A stretch of DNA of 32,000 bases from Halorhodospira halophila SL1 (GCF_000015585.1 NC_008789.1:1050001-1082000), one strand, 5' to 3'; positions 8,269 to 18,144 are shown, counted from the first letter of the stretch. A program made the numbers and translations. The notes: generated from the letters alone by a model not told the origin.

Positions 8269-8352
8269 ACGAACCGGGGCACTCGGAGTTTTCAACGCTC
8301 CGGGCGCCGAGGCCCAATCGTAATCAACGACCTGGAGGGAGATCCCGCATCC

Positions 8353-8700
8353 ATGCAGATTCAGATCAATCCTGGCGCCGGTGTACACATCTCCGACGCG
8401 CTGGAAGAGAGTATTCGTGAGGCACTGGGCGCAGTCGACCGGCGCTTCGGAGAGCAGTTGACCCGCATCGAGGTGCACTTCCAGGACATCAATGGCCCGA
8501 AGGGCGGAGTCAACAAGCACTGCCGCATCGAGGCCCGTCCCCGCGGCCTGGACCCGGTGCTGGCCGAGAACACCGCGGATGATGCCTACGACGCGGCCCG
8601 CGGCGCGGCCAAGAAGCTTGAGCGTGTGCTCGACGGCCGACTGGGCAAGCTGGCCGATAAGCAGCGCAAGAGCGACAAGAACGCGGAGCGGCCGGAGTGA
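8353..8700 (+). CDS. HPF/RaiA-family ribosome-associated protein (115 aa)
   Basis: ATG 8353 follows GGAGGGAG; the track start at 8137 lies inside the tRNA gene and is rejected. MQIQINPGAGVHISDALEESIREAL...RIEVHFQDINGPKGG...AYDAARGAAKKLERVL follows the beta-alpha-beta-beta-beta-alpha pattern of E. coli HPF/YfiA. Basic C-terminal tail. Confidence 0.75.
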   Translation: MQIQINPGAGVHISDALEESIREALGAVDRRFGEQLTRIEVHFQDINGPKGGVNKHCRIEARPRGLDPVLAENTADDAYDAARGAAKKLERVLDGRLGKLADKQRKSDKNAERPE

Positions 8701-8705
8701 GCCCC

Positions 8706-8738
8706 GCGGGCGCGGTGGGCAGCCTCCACCGCGCCCGC
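8706..8738. terminator. GC-rich hairpin between the convergent hpf-like and ychF genes (possible bidirectional terminator, no U-tract)
   Basis: Perfect 13-bp stem GCGGGCGCGGTGG (8706-8718) / CCACCGCGCCCGC (8726-8738) with a 7-nt loop. It sits in the 63-nt gap between the two stop codons. Confidence 0.35.
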
Positions 8739-8763
8739 CCGCCGCCTTGGGCAGGCGACGGCG

Positions 8764-9855
8764 TCAGACGTTGAAGCGAAAGTGCACCACGTCCCCCTCG
8801 GCGAGGACGTACTCCTTCCCCTCCAGCCGCCAGCGGCCAGCATCCTTGGCCCCCTGCTCACCGCTGTGGGCGATGTAGTCGTCGTAAGAGACGACTTCCG
8901 CGCGGATGAACCCGCGCTGCATGTCGGTGTGGATACGCCCCGCGGCCTCGGGGGCCGTAGCGCCCTGGCGGACGGTCCAGGCGCGGGCCTCCTTCTCGCC
9001 GGCGGTGAAGAACGTCTGCAGGCCGAGCAGATCGTAGCCGGCGCGGATCACCCGGTTGAGCCCGGGCTCCTCCAGACCGTACTCCGCAAGGAACTCGTCG
9101 CGCTCCTCGTCGTCCAGCACGGCCAGTTCGGCCTCAATGGCCGCACAGACCGGCACCACTTGCGCCCCCTCGCTTTCGGCCAGCGCCTGCACATCGGCCA
9201 GCAGCGGGTTGTCGCTGAACCCGTCCTCAGCCACGTTGGCGATATACATCAGCGGCTTGAGGGTAATCAGGTGGTAACCCTGAAGCTGCCGGCACTCCTC
9301 CTCGCTGAACCCCTGGGTGCGCAGCGGCTCACCCTCGTCCAGCGCCTGCCGGGCGCGCTCGAGCAGGTCGCGAAGCCGCACCGCCTCCTTGTCACCGCTC
9401 TTGGCAGCCCGCTCCTGGCGCGTCAGGGCACGGGAGACGGTGTCCAGATCGGCCAGCGCCAACTCGGTGTGGATGGTCTCGGCGTCGGCCCGTGGGTCGA
9501 CCCGCCCCTCCACGTGGTGCACGTCCTCACTCTCGAAGCAGCGCAGAACCATGGCGACGGCATCGGTCTCGCGGATATGGGCCAGGAACTGGTTGCCCAG
9601 GCCTTCGCCCTTGGAGGCGCCGGAGACCAGGCCGGCGATGTCCACGAACTCCATGGTTGTGGGGATGGTGCGCTCAGGGCGCACCAGCTCCGCCAGCCGG
9701 TAGAGCCGCGGGTCGGGGACGGCGACGATGCCGACGTTCGGGTCGATGGTGCAGAACGGATAGTTCTCCGCTGGGATGTCGTTCTGGGTCAGGGCGTTGA
9801 ACAGCGTCGATTTACCGACGTTGGGGAGCCCGACAATGCCGCAGTTAAAGCCCAT
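8764..9855 (-). CDS. ychF: Ribosome-binding ATPase YchF
   Basis: [23 protein letters not shown] (P-loop), DIAGLV, a coiled-coil insertion and a C-terminal TGS-like domain ending in [13 protein letters not shown] 9855. Confidence 0.95.
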   Translation of the reverse strand: MGFNCGIVGLPNVGKSTLFNALTQNDIPAENYPFCTIDPNVGIVAVPDPRLYRLAELVRPERTIPTTMEFVDIAGLVSGASKGEGLGNQFLAHIRETDAVAMVLRCFESEDVHHVEGRVDPRADAETIHTELALADLDTVSRALTRQERAAKSGDKEAVRLRDLLERARQALDEGEPLRTQGFSEEECRQLQGYHLITLKPLMYIANVAEDGFSDNPLLADVQALAESEGAQVVPVCAAIEAELAVLDDEERDEFLAEYGLEEPGLNRVIRAGYDLLGLQTFFTAGEKEARAWTVRQGATAPEAAGRIHTDMQRGFIRAEVVSYDDYIAHSGEQGAKDAGRWRLEGKEYVLAEGDVVHFRFNV

Positions 9856-9924
9856 GGCGCGATCCTGAAAGAGGTTGGGTGGCTGGACGGTGGCGCCGCA
9901 ATCCGGCGCGCCGGCCCGCGTCGG

Positions 9925-10509
9925 CTAGGCGTGGAGCTGCTGGCAGGCGCGGTCCCACTCCCCGGCAAGCAGCCGCGGTATCTGGTCGGCCGCGTCGTCA
10001 ATGGCCCGCTCAAGCTGGCGCAGCTCATCGGGGGACGGACGGGAGAGGACGTGCGGGACCACCTGATCCTTGTGCCCCGGGTGGCCGACGCCGAGGCGCA
10101 GCCGGGCGAAATCGGGGGTACCGAGGGTCGACTGGATATGGCGCAGGCCGTTGTGCCCGCCGTGCCCGCCGCCGCGCTTGAGGCGGACGCTGCCCGGGGG
10201 CAGGTCGATCTCGTCGTGGGCGACCAGGATCGCCTCGGGCGGGATCTTGAAGAAGTTCGCCAGCGCGCCGACTGCCTGGCCACTGTGGTTCATGTAAGTC
10301 ATCGGCTTGACCAGCCGACAGTCGTAGCCATCGATGAGCACACGGGCACAGTCGCCGCGGAACTTGGGCTCCTCCCGCAGCTCACCGCCGTAGCGCCGGA
10401 CCAGCTCATCAACAAGCCAGAACCCGGCATTGTGCCGGGTTCCCGCGTACTTGCTGCCAGGGTTGCCGAGGCCGGCGATGAGCCGGAAATGACCTTCCCG
10501 GCCGGCCAC
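9925..10509 (-). CDS. pth: Peptidyl-tRNA hydrolase
   Basis: LIAGLGNPGSKYAGTRHNAGFW, VAHDEIDLPPG and GGGHGGHNGLR match Pth. Homology begins at RLIAGLGNPG. GTG 10509 is the only in-frame start after the rplY stop (10517), giving 194 aa; the track start at 10602 overlaps rplY. Confidence 0.88.
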   Translation of the reverse strand: MAGREGHFRLIAGLGNPGSKYAGTRHNAGFWLVDELVRRYGGELREEPKFRGDCARVLIDGYDCRLVKPMTYMNHSGQAVGALANFFKIPPEAILVAHDEIDLPPGSVRLKRGGGHGGHNGLRHIQSTLGTPDFARLRLGVGHPGHKDQVVPHVLSRPSPDELRQLERAIDDAADQIPRLLAGEWDRACQQLHA

Positions 10510-10516
10510 TTCGGCG

Positions 10517-11146
10517 TTACTCGGACTCGGAGGACTCGGCCTCGTCGTCGCTGCTGGCACCTCGCGTCTTACGAGTTGCCTGAACCGAGACCACAGGCGC
10601 ATCGTACTCCTCGCCCTGTTGCAGAGCCGCCGACTGGACCCCTTCGGGGAGGGTCAGCTCGCTGATGTGGACCGCCTGACCGACCTTGAGGCTGGACACG
10701 TCGACATCGATGAACGGCGGCAGGTCCTTGGGCAGGCAGACCACCTCGAGATCGAGCAGGTCGTGGTGCAGCACGCCGCCCTTCTTCACGCCCGGGGACT
10801 GCTCCTCGCCGTGAACGTGCAGCGGCACGTGCACGGTGATCGGCTGATCCTCACGCACGCGCTGGAGGTCGATGTGCTGGACCAGCGGCTTGAACGGGTG
10901 GCGCTGCAGATCCTTGACGATGGCCTGCTCGGTCTCGGAGCCCATCTGGACCTTCAGGATCGTGGAGAAGAAGGCCTCCTCCTCGAGCAGCCGGTAGAGC
11001 TGATCGTTCTCGAGCGCCACCGGTTGCGGCTCTTTGCCGGCACCGTAAACGACACCCGGGACGCGCCGGGCACGACGCAGACGGCGCATGGCGCCGCGGC
11101 CGGTCTCCGTGCGCGGATGCGCGTCGAGCCTCATTTCCACCGTCAT
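10517..11146 (-). CDS. rplY: 50S ribosomal protein L25 / general stress protein Ctc (long form)
   Basis: [43 protein letters not shown] and [10 protein letters not shown] align with Ctc-type L25. ATG 11146 follows AGGAG (11162-11158). Acidic C-terminal tail [12 protein letters not shown]. Confidence 0.9.
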
Positions 11147-11171
11147 GATTGGTTCCACTCCTGGTTGGGAA

Positions 11172-12128
11172 TCACTCTACGAAGAGCTCGCTCACCGACT
11201 CGTCATTGCTGACCCGACGCATCGTCTCGGCGAGGATCTCCGCGATACTCAGTTGTCGAATCTTCGGGCACGCGGCCGCTTGCTCGCCGAGCGGGATGCT
11301 GTCACTGACCACCAGCTCGTCGAGCTCGGAGGCCGCGATCTTGTCCACTGCGCTGCCCGAGAGCACCGGGTGGGTGATGTACGCGACCACCTTGCGTGCG
11401 CCCCGCTCCTTAAGGGCCCCGGCAGCCTGGCAGAGGGTGCCGGCGGTATCCACGATGTCGTCGACGATGATGCAGGTCTTGTCCTGGACATCGCCGATGA
11501 TGTTCATGATCGAGGACTCGTTGGGCCGCGGACGGCGCTTGTCGATGATGGCCAGCTCGGCATCGTCGAGCCGCTTGGCCACCGCCCGCGCCCGCACCAC
11601 GCCGCCGACGTCCGGCGAGACCACGACCTTGCGTGGATAGAGCTGCCGCCAGATGTCGCCGAGCAGGATCGGCGAGGCGTACACGTTGTCCACGGGGATG
11701 TTGAAGAAGCCCTGGATCTGGTCGGCGTGCAGATCGACTGTCACCACCCGGTCGTAGCCGGCGGCCTGCATCATGTCGGCCACCAGCTTGGCCGAGATGG
11801 GCACGCGCTGGGACCGCGGCCGCCGGTCCTGCCGGGCATAGCCGAAGTAGGGGATCACCGCCGTGACGCGCGCTGCCGAGGAACGGCGCAGCGCATCAAC
11901 GATGGCCAGCAATTCCATGAGGTTGTCGTTGGCCGGCTGGCAGGTGGACTGGACCACGAACACGTCTTTGCCGCGAACGTGCTCGTTGACCTCCACCATG
12001 ATCTCGTCGTCGCTGAAGCGACCGACCACCGCATGCCCCAGGCGGATCTTCAGATGGGCAGCAATGGCCTCGGCCAGTTGCGGGTTGGAGTTCCCCGCAA
12101 AGACCATCATGGGTCCGTTTACTTGCAC
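11172..12128 (-). CDS. prs: Ribose-phosphate pyrophosphokinase
   Basis: [46 protein letters not shown], and the PRPP loop [13 protein letters not shown]. The start is ambiguous: GTG 12128 has the SD AAGGTGGA 9 nt upstream, whereas homology to E. coli Prs begins at ATG 12110/12107. Confidence 0.93.
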
Positions 12129-12167
12129 GGCTAGACGTCCACCTTACAACTCGGCGTGTAGCGGATA

Positions 12168-12242
12168 TGGCTGGGGCGGCAGGATTCGAACCTGCGAATC
12201 CCGGTACCAAAAACCGGTGCCTTACCGCTTGGCTACGCCCCA
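12168..12242 (-). tRNA. tRNA-Gln (anticodon TTG), CCA encoded
   Basis: The reverse complement TGGGGCGTAGCCAAGCGGTAAGGCACCGGTTTTTGGTACCGGGATTCGCAGGTTCGAATCCTGCCGCCCCAGCCA (75 nt) is near-identical in outline to E. coli tRNA-Gln. The anticodon stem is CCGGT/ACCGG with loop TTTTGGT. Confidence 0.9.
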
Positions 12243-12254
12243 GTTGTTGACAGG

Positions 12255-13121
12255 TCAGCCGGTACGGGCGGCCTCCGCGAGCGTAAGGTGCAGCGGAGAC
12301 CGTTCCACGGCCTGAGCGACGAACCCGGACCACGCTCCGGGTAGACGCTCCAGGGCAGCTTGCGCCTCGGCCTCACCGGGGAAGCCGACGAAACAGCAGC
12401 TGCCGGTACCACTCATTCGCGCCTGACCGTGCCGGCCGAGCCACTCGAGCGCCTCGGCGACTGCCGGCCAGCGGCTCCGAACCACCGGCTCACAGTCGTT
12501 GCGAACGGCGCCGGCGCGAAGGTCGGGTATTGTGATCGGAGACGTATCCCGTGTCAATTCCGGCGCGCCAAAGACTTCGGCGGTGGAGATACTCGCCCCC
12601 GGGTCGACCACCAGATACCAGCGGCTACCCGCCGGGTCCACCGGCATGGGGCGCAGCTGCTCGCCCACCCCCTCGCCCCAGGCGCTGCGCCCGCGCACGA
12701 ACACCGGGACGTCGGCCCCCAGGGCCAGACCGATGCCGGCCAGCGCCTCCTCATCCAGCCCCGTCTGCCACAGATGGTTCAGGGCGACCAGCACGGTGGC
12801 GGCGTCCGAGGAACCGCCACCGACTCCCCCGCCGGCCGGCAGGCGCTTGTCCACGTGGATATCGACCCCGCCCGCGCTGCCGGTGGCCGCCTGAAGCGCC
12901 CGCGCTGCGCGAACGGTGAGGTCGTCCTCCGCGGCCACGCCGGGCAGATGGCTGCAGCGCTCCACCCGTCCGTCGACACGCGGGCGCAGCCAGATGCGAT
13001 CCCCGTAGCCGAGCAGCTGGAAGGCGGTCTGCAGCTCGTGGTAGCCGTCGGCACGCCGGCCGAGGACGTGGAGAAAGAGGTTGATCTTGGCCGGGGCCGG
13101 CCAGACGCTCCATTCAGTCAT
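12255..13121 (-). CDS. ispE: 4-diphosphocytidyl-2-C-methyl-D-erythritol kinase
   Basis: PAPAKINLFLHVLGRRADGYHEL, KRLPAGGGVGGGSSDAA (GHMP kinase motif) and GSCCFV. ATG 13121 overlaps the lolB stop by 8 nt. Confidence 0.9.
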   Translation of the reverse strand: MTEWSVWPAPAKINLFLHVLGRRADGYHELQTAFQLLGYGDRIWLRPRVDGRVERCSHLPGVAAEDDLTVRAARALQAATGSAGGVDIHVDKRLPAGGGVGGGSSDAATVLVALNHLWQTGLDEEALAGIGLALGADVPVFVRGRSAWGEGVGEQLRPMPVDPAGSRWYLVVDPGASISTAEVFGAPELTRDTSPITIPDLRAGAVRNDCEPVVRSRWPAVAEALEWLGRHGQARMSGTGSCCFVGFPGEAEAQAALERLPGAWSGFVAQAVERSPLHLTLAEAARTG

Positions 13122-13731
13122 CGCTGCGACTCCAGCCTGAGAGGGCGACCCGCATCTGCGTCGAACCGCGGGTCAGATCGACCCGGCTCGGCAGATCGAC
13201 CCCATCGACGTCCGTCCACCCCTGGAAATCGACCCGCCAGCCGGCCTGTTCGAGACGGTCCGGGCGCCCGACACGGTCCAGGCTCAGCTCGTCCACCTCC
13301 AGACCGTCCGCCGGGCGCCCGACGATCCAGTCACGCAGCGCGGTCACGGGCAGCTGGTGGCCGGTCTGCGCCGCCAGCAGCTCCTCCGGGCTCTGCGCCG
13401 TGGCGCTCTGCCCGGCGCCGTCCCGCAGGGTCACCCGCCCCGGCTGCCCCTCGATGCGCACCGCCCCGGCCCCGAACGGGCCGGATAAGTTGATGGTGTA
13501 CACCTCGCCTCGCTGCTCCCAGCGTAAGGAGAGGCTCACCGCCTCACCCTCGGCGCGCAGCGCTGCCCGGCCAGCCACCGACCAGTCTCGCAGCTCGGCA
13601 CGCTCCTCCAGAAAGGCCTCGTACTGCGCCTCCCGCTCGTCCTCGGGGACCAACAGGGCGCACCCCGACAGCACCAGCGCCGCCAGCAGCCCGGCGAGCA
13701 GCCGCGGGCTCCATCTACCGGTCATCGACAT
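13114..13731 (-). CDS. lolB: Outer-membrane lipoprotein LolB
   Basis: Signal peptide plus lipobox (LAALVLSGC), about 200 aa, in the conserved position between the TPR gene and ispE. WSVAGRAALR...LRWEQ fits the LolB pattern. ATG 13731 or 13725. Confidence 0.8.
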   Translation of the reverse strand: MSMTGRWSPRLLAGLLAALVLSGCALLVPEDEREAQYEAFLEERAELRDWSVAGRAALRAEGEAVSLSLRWEQRGEVYTINLSGPFGAGAVRIEGQPGRVTLRDGAGQSATAQSPEELLAAQTGHQLPVTALRDWIVGRPADGLEVDELSLDRVGRPDRLEQAGWRVDFQGWTDVDGVDLPSRVDLTRGSTQMRVALSGWSRSDD

Positions 13732-15109
13732 CCACCTCGTAGCGTTCCAGCGTCCGCTTCAGGGCGCGCTGGCCACCGTCGGCATCCAGCGCCCGACACC
13801 AGACCTCGCGTGCCTCGTTGCGCTCGCCGAGTTCCCAGAGCACCTCCCCCAGGTGGGCACCGATCTCCCCATGGGGGTCCTGATCGAAGGCGCGGCGCAG
13901 GTACTCCAACGCCGCCTCCGGATCCCCTTCCCGGTAGAGCAGCCACCCCTTGCTGTCGAGAAAGGCGGCGTTGTCCGGCTCCTGCTCCAGGGCGCTCTCG
14001 ATCAGCTCCCGGGCCTCGGACAGATCACGCTTGTGGTCGACCAGGGTATAGCCGAGGGCATTCTGGGCGTGGGGATCCCCGGGGTCGGCCTCCAGAACCC
14101 GCCGCAGGTCCTCCACGGCACCGTCCACATCCCCGGTCTCGGCCCGCGCCAACCCCCGCCCGTAGAGCAGGTCGTGGTCTTCGGAAGAGGCCTCCAGCCC
14201 CCGCTCGTAGGCGGCCAGCGCGGCCTCGGGCCGCCCCGCCTCGCGCAGCAGCTGCCCCTCCAGCAAGGCCACCCGGGGCACCAGCACCGGCTGCCCGTCG
14301 CGCACACGCTCGAGGTGCGCCAGGGCCTCGTCACGCTCGAGGGTGCCAGCCCGGGCGGCCCGGAAGACGGTGCGCAGCAGGGTCGCCCCGGCCTCGCGGT
14401 CCGCCGGGGCGAGCTCAAAGGCCCGGGCGGCCGCTGCCACAGCCCGCTCGTCTTCGCCGGCCCGCTCCGCCGCAGCGGCCAGGACCCGGTGCGCCTCGGG
14501 GACATCGGCGTGCACCTCGGCCAGTTCGGCGACCACCCGCGCCGCCGCCCCGGCGTCGGCACCGTGCCCAAGCAGCCTGCCGAGCTGCAGGAAGGCCTGC
14601 CCGGCGGTCCCCGGCCAGCGCTCGATGGCCTTCTCCAGCTCCGCCCGGGCCGCCTGCTCATCGCCCCGGCGCAGGGCCAGCAGGCCGAGCAGCTGGTGCG
14701 CCTCGACCCGCTCCGGGGCCAGCTCCTGCCAGCGCTCGGCAGCCTCCTGGGCGACGCCCTCGTCCTCGAGGATGAAGCTGAGCTGGACGGCGCGCTCCGC
14801 TACCCGCTCGTCGCGGCTGAGGCTCATGGCCTTGGCGTAATGGACCAAGGCCTGATCGAGTTGATCCCGACGCACCGCGATCTCGGCGGCCAGCACGTGG
14901 CGGATCGCCCGATCCCGCGGCGAGGGCTCCCACGGCTCGACCTCGGGGGCAGACGTCGCGCTCGGCACGTCGGCGCGGGGCTCGGGATCGGGCTGGGGGC
15001 CGGCACACCCGACGACCAGGATGCTACCGAGGGCCAGCGCGACACTAGGCCGCAGGCAACAAAAGGCCGGGGAGCGGCGGCCCCTGGGGAATTTGGTCGG
15101 ATCGGGCAT
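13715..15109 (-). CDS. Tetratricopeptide-repeat lipoprotein (conserved neighbour of lolB/hemA)
   Basis: ATG 15109 is preferred because the track start at 15124 is TTG. Lipobox ILVVGCAG, followed by many Ala/Leu/Glu/Arg-rich TPR-like helical pairs (e.g. AQNALGYTLVDHKRDLSEARELIESALEQEPDNAAFLDSKGWLLYREGDPEAALEYLRRA). Divergent from hemA, as I recall for Pseudomonas. Confidence 0.75.
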   Translation of the reverse strand: MPDPTKFPRGRRSPAFCCLRPSVALALGSILVVGCAGPQPDPEPRADVPSATSAPEVEPWEPSPRDRAIRHVLAAEIAVRRDQLDQALVHYAKAMSLSRDERVAERAVQLSFILEDEGVAQEAAERWQELAPERVEAHQLLGLLALRRGDEQAARAELEKAIERWPGTAGQAFLQLGRLLGHGADAGAAARVVAELAEVHADVPEAHRVLAAAAERAGEDERAVAAAARAFELAPADREAGATLLRTVFRAARAGTLERDEALAHLERVRDGQPVLVPRVALLEGQLLREAGRPEAALAAYERGLEASSEDHDLLYGRGLARAETGDVDGAVEDLRRVLEADPGDPHAQNALGYTLVDHKRDLSEARELIESALEQEPDNAAFLDSKGWLLYREGDPEAALEYLRRAFDQDPHGEIGAHLGEVLWELGERNEAREVWCRALDADGGQRALKRTLERYEVDVDDR

Positions 15110-15129
15110 TTTTTCTGCGGGCAAGACGC

Positions 15130-15158
15130 TTTACCGGGGCGTCCGCATTTCGTAATAA
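15130..15158 (+). promoter_or_regulatory. Candidate sigma70 promoter for hemA in a locally AT-rich patch
   Basis: TTTACC (15130-15135), 17 nt, TAATAA(T) (15153-15158). It lies in the 100-nt divergent gap between the TPR gene and hemA. Confidence 0.25.
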
Positions 15159-15209
15159 TCCGGGTTGACGCCTGATGGTGCCCTAACGAAGCCTAATGAC
15201 GCCAGTCTC

Positions 15210-16559
15210 ATGCCATTATTTGCAATTGGACTCAACCACGACAGTGCGCCAGTAGCAGTCCGTGAGAGCCTGGCGTTCAACGCTGAGGCCCTCGGGGACG
15301 CGCTCCAGAGTGCCCGCAGCGAGACCGGTGCCGACGAGGTGGCGATCCTCTCCACCTGCAACCGCACGGAGATCTACATCCGGTTGCCGCACACGGATCC
15401 CGAGGTGGTCATCGGCTGGCTGACCCGGCATCAGCGGGTGGACCTGCGCAAGGTCCGGCCCCACCTCTATGTCCGCCGCAGCACCGAGGCCATGCGCCAC
15501 CTGATGCGCGTCTCGGCGGGGCTCGACTCCCTGGTGCTCGGCGAACCGCAGATCCTCGGCCAGGTCAAGGACGCCTACCACAAGGCCGCCAACGCCGGCT
15601 GCCTCGGTGCCGTCCTCGAGCGGCTCTTCCAGCACGCCTTCGCGGTGGCCAAACAGGTCCGCACCGACACCGACATCGGCTCCAACCCGATCTCGGTGGC
15701 GTTCGCCGCCGTGACCATGGCCAAACAGATCTTCGACGACTTCCCCAAGCGCACCGCGGTGCTGGTCGGCGCCGGCGAGACCATCGAGCTGGTCGCCCGC
15801 CACCTGGGGCAGCAGGGGATCGGGCAGGTCTTGGTGGCCAACCGCAATGTCGAGCGCGCCAAACGGCTGGCCGAGGCCCACGACGGCGAGGCGATGAGCC
15901 TCAACGACCTGCCGCGGCGGCTGCCCGAGGCCGACGTCGTGGTATCCTCCACCGGCAGTTCGCTGCCCATCCTGGGCAAGGGCACGGTGGAGCGCGCGGT
16001 GCGCGCGCGGCGGCACAAGCCGATGTTCATGCTCGACCTAGCGGTGCCGCGGGACATCGAACCCGAGGCCGGCGAGATGGACGACGTCTACCTCTACACG
16101 GTGGACGATCTCCGCGGCGTCGTGGCCGAGAACATGCGTTCGCGCCAGGACGCTGCAACCCAGGCCGAAGCCATCGTCGAGCAACAGGTCCGCCACTACC
16201 TCGAGTGGCGCCGCGCCCGGGACGCCGGGGAGGCGATCCGCTCGTTCCGTAGCCGGGCCGAGAGCTACGCCCGCGCCACCCGCGCGCAGGCTGCGCGGCA
16301 ACTGTCGCGCGGCGAGGACCCCTTCGAGGTGATCGAGTGGCTGACCCACACGCTCACCCGCCGCCTGGTCCACGCCCCCACCGTTGGCCTGCGGGCCGCC
16401 GCTGCCACCGGCGACCGCACCCGGATCCAGCACGCACTGGAGACCCTGGCCATCGACCAACAGCTGGTAGAGAGGTCTAGTGAAGGCGACGATTCGCAAC
16501 AAGCTGGAGCGGATGGCGGAGCGGCACGAGGAGATCGGCGCGCAGCTGGCGGATCCTGA
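15210..16559 (+). CDS. hemA: Glutamyl-tRNA reductase
   Basis: ATG 15210 gives [19 protein letters not shown] (E. coli: MTLLALGINHKTAPV). Also present: [11 protein letters not shown] (catalytic Cys), the NADPH site [16 protein letters not shown], and LVHAPT. The last ~27 codons overlap prfA in another frame. Confidence 0.9.
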   Translation: MPLFAIGLNHDSAPVAVRESLAFNAEALGDALQSARSETGADEVAILSTCNRTEIYIRLPHTDPEVVIGWLTRHQRVDLRKVRPHLYVRRSTEAMRHLMRVSAGLDSLVLGEPQILGQVKDAYHKAANAGCLGAVLERLFQHAFAVAKQVRTDTDIGSNPISVAFAAVTMAKQIFDDFPKRTAVLVGAGETIELVARHLGQQGIGQVLVANRNVERAKRLAEAHDGEAMSLNDLPRRLPEADVVVSSTGSSLPILGKGTVERAVRARRHKPMFMLDLAVPRDIEPEAGEMDDVYLYTVDDLRGVVAENMRSRQDAATQAEAIVEQQVRHYLEWRRARDAGEAIRSFRSRAESYARATRAQAARQLSRGEDPFEVIEWLTHTLTRRLVHAPTVGLRAAAATGDRTRIQHALETLAIDQQLVERSSEGDDSQQAGADGGAARGDRRAAGGS

Positions 16560-17571
16560 TGTCGTCGGCGACCCGTCGAAATTTGCCGAACTTTCCCGCG
16601 AATACGCCCGGCTGGAGCCCGTCGTCCAGGACCTGAACGCCTACCGCGCGGAGGCCGACACGGTCGCCAGCGCGGAGGCGATGCTCAACGACGGCGACGC
16701 TGAGATTCGCGCCCTGGCCGAACAGGAGCTCGCCGAGGCGCAGCGCCGTCTTGAGGAGCTGGAGGGTGCACTGCAGCGCCATCTGGTGCCCACCGACCCC
16801 AACGATCAGCGCAACATCTTCCTGGAGGTCCGCGCCGGGGCCGGGGGTGACGAGGCCGCCCTGTTCGCCGGGGATCTGCTGCGCATGTACATGCGCTACG
16901 CCGAGCGTCAGGGCTGGAAGACCGAGATCCTCTCAGCCCGGGAAGGCGAGCACGGCGGTTACCGCGAGGTCATCGCCCGGGTCAGCGGCCGCAGCGTGTA
17001 CGCCCGCCTGAAGTTCGAATCCGGCGCCCATCGCGTGCAGCGGGTACCGGCCACCGAATCCCAGGGGCGGATTCACACCTCGGCGTGCACGGTGGCCATC
17101 CTCCCCGAGCTGGACGAGGTCAGCGCCATCGAGGTCAACACCGCCGACCTGCGCGTGGACACCTTCCGCTCCTCGGGCGCCGGCGGGCAGCACGTCAACA
17201 CCACCGACTCGGCCATCCGCATCACCCACCTGCCCAGCGGGCTGGTGGTGGAGTGCCAGGATGAACGCTCCCAGAACAAGAACCGCGCCAAAGCCATAGC
17301 GCTGCTCCAGGCGCGCCTCACCGAGCAGGAACGGGCCAAGCAGCAGTCGGAGCGCAGCGAGCAGCGGCGTCTGGCGGTGGGCTCAGGGGATCGCTCAGAG
17401 CGGATCCGGACCTACAACTTCCCCCAGGGCCGGGTGACCGATCACCGCATTGGGCTGACGCTCTACAAGCTCGAGCAGGTGATGGAAGGCGGGATGGATG
17501 AGCTCCTTGACGGCCTCACCCAGGAACACCAGGCCGAAGCCCTCGCCGAGATCGCCGAGGACTCCGGCTGA
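16480..17571 (+). CDS. prfA: Peptide chain release factor 1
   Basis: GTG 16480 follows [36 protein letters not shown] resembles the E. coli RF1 N-terminus. It carries the RF1-specific PAT tripeptide ([14 protein letters not shown]) and the GGQ motif ([15 protein letters not shown]). Confidence 0.95.
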   Translation: MKATIRNKLERMAERHEEIGAQLADPDVVGDPSKFAELSREYARLEPVVQDLNAYRAEADTVASAEAMLNDGDAEIRALAEQELAEAQRRLEELEGALQRHLVPTDPNDQRNIFLEVRAGAGGDEAALFAGDLLRMYMRYAERQGWKTEILSAREGEHGGYREVIARVSGRSVYARLKFESGAHRVQRVPATESQGRIHTSACTVAILPELDEVSAIEVNTADLRVDTFRSSGAGGQHVNTTDSAIRITHLPSGLVVECQDERSQNKNRAKAIALLQARLTEQERAKQQSERSEQRRLAVGSGDRSERIRTYNFPQGRVTDHRIGLTLYKLEQVMEGGMDELLDGLTQEHQAEALAEIAEDSG

Positions 17572-17586
17572 TGCGGTAGCCGCGCC

Positions 17587-17614
17587 GCAGCGCGTGGATC
17601 AGGCCACGCGCTGC
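17587..17614. terminator. Hairpin at the convergent prfA/dksA junction (possible bidirectional terminator, no U-tract)
   Basis: Perfect 11-bp stem GCAGCGCGTGG (17587-17597) / CCACGCGCTGC (17604-17614) with a 6-nt loop that contains the dksA stop codon. The 3' arm encodes the last dksA codons. Confidence 0.3.
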
Positions 17615-18033
17615 CGCTCGCGGATCTCTTCCAGCGACTTGCAGTCGATGCACAGGGTCGCCGTCGGACGCGCCTCGAGCCGCCGCAGACCGATCTCGAC
17701 CCCGCACTGCTCGCAGTAGCCGTAGTCGCCGGTGCGGATGCCGTCCAGCGCCTGATCGATCTTGCGGATCAGCTTGCGCTCCCGATCCCGGGCCCGTAGC
17801 TCCAGGGCGAACTCTTCTTCCTGGGTAGCCCGGTCCGACGGGTCGGCGTGGTTGTTGGCGTCGTCGCGCATATGGTGGACGGTGCGCTCCACCTCTTCCT
17901 GGAGCTCACGCTTCCACGCCAGCAGCAGCTGGCGGAAGTGCTCCAGCTGCTCGTCACTCATGTACTCTTCCGTCTCACCGGCCTGATACGGCTCAAAGCC
18001 CTTGACCGGCATCGCGTGTCTTGTCGGAGCCAT
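17599..18033 (-). CDS. dksA: RNA polymerase-binding transcription factor DksA
   Basis: ATG 18033 lies 6 nt after GGGAGGAGGA. It has the coiled-coil tip DPSDRATQEEEF (DxxDxA) and the C4 zinc finger CEQCGVEIGLRRLEARPTATLCIDC. The 144-aa product is near-collinear with E. coli DksA. Confidence 0.9.
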   Translation of the reverse strand: MAPTRHAMPVKGFEPYQAGETEEYMSDEQLEHFRQLLLAWKRELQEEVERTVHHMRDDANNHADPSDRATQEEEFALELRARDRERKLIRKIDQALDGIRTGDYGYCEQCGVEIGLRRLEARPTATLCIDCKSLEEIRERQRVA

Positions 18034-18115
18034 ACCGCGTCCTCCTCCCTTTGCGGCCCTCGCCGCCCTCAGCGAAGCCCCCGGACTGCGCTCAGCACAG
18101 CACATTGGCCCGAGA

Positions 18116-18144
18116 GAAATACATCAGCCATTGCGCAGAGTCAA
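18116..18144 (-). promoter_or_regulatory. Candidate sigma70 promoter for dksA
   Basis: On the minus strand: TTGACT (18144-18139), 17 nt, TATTTC (18121-18116). The -10 hexamer lacks the conserved final T, so this is weak. Confidence 0.25.

Noticed and set aside
8172-8352. Possible sigma54 promoter or riboswitch in the 180-nt region upstream of the HPF-like gene
   Set aside because: The TGGTAC and GGCAC strings do not have a GC dinucleotide at the required -12 spacing. Only short (5-6 bp) hairpins are present, and two ordinary divergent sigma70-like promoters explain the region.
8782-10665. 627-aa plus-strand ORF spanning ychF and pth
   Set aside because: It is antisense to two strongly homology-supported genes. 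The product is Arg/Gly/Ala/Leu/Pro-rich with no recognisable motifs. Long stop-free antisense frames are expected in such GC-rich DNA.
12360-13493. 377-aa plus-strand ORF opposite ispE and lolB
   Set aside because: It is a shadow frame of two homology-supported genes. Its composition is Arg/Pro/Ala-rich.
13400-15175. 591-aa plus-strand ORF opposite lolB and the TPR gene, plus the Pro/Arg-rich 321-aa ORF at 13810-14775
   Set aside because: Both are shadow frames of the TPR gene. The PRG-rich repeats simply mirror the Ala/Leu/Glu/Arg codons of the TPR helices. There is no SD or start context.
15210-16559. hemA as a frameshifted pseudogene because of its long 3' overlap with prfA
   Set aside because: Homology is continuous from the N-terminus through the dimerisation helix (…LVHAPT…IQHALETL). 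Only a non-homologous tail is added, so it is reported as an overlap curiosity instead.
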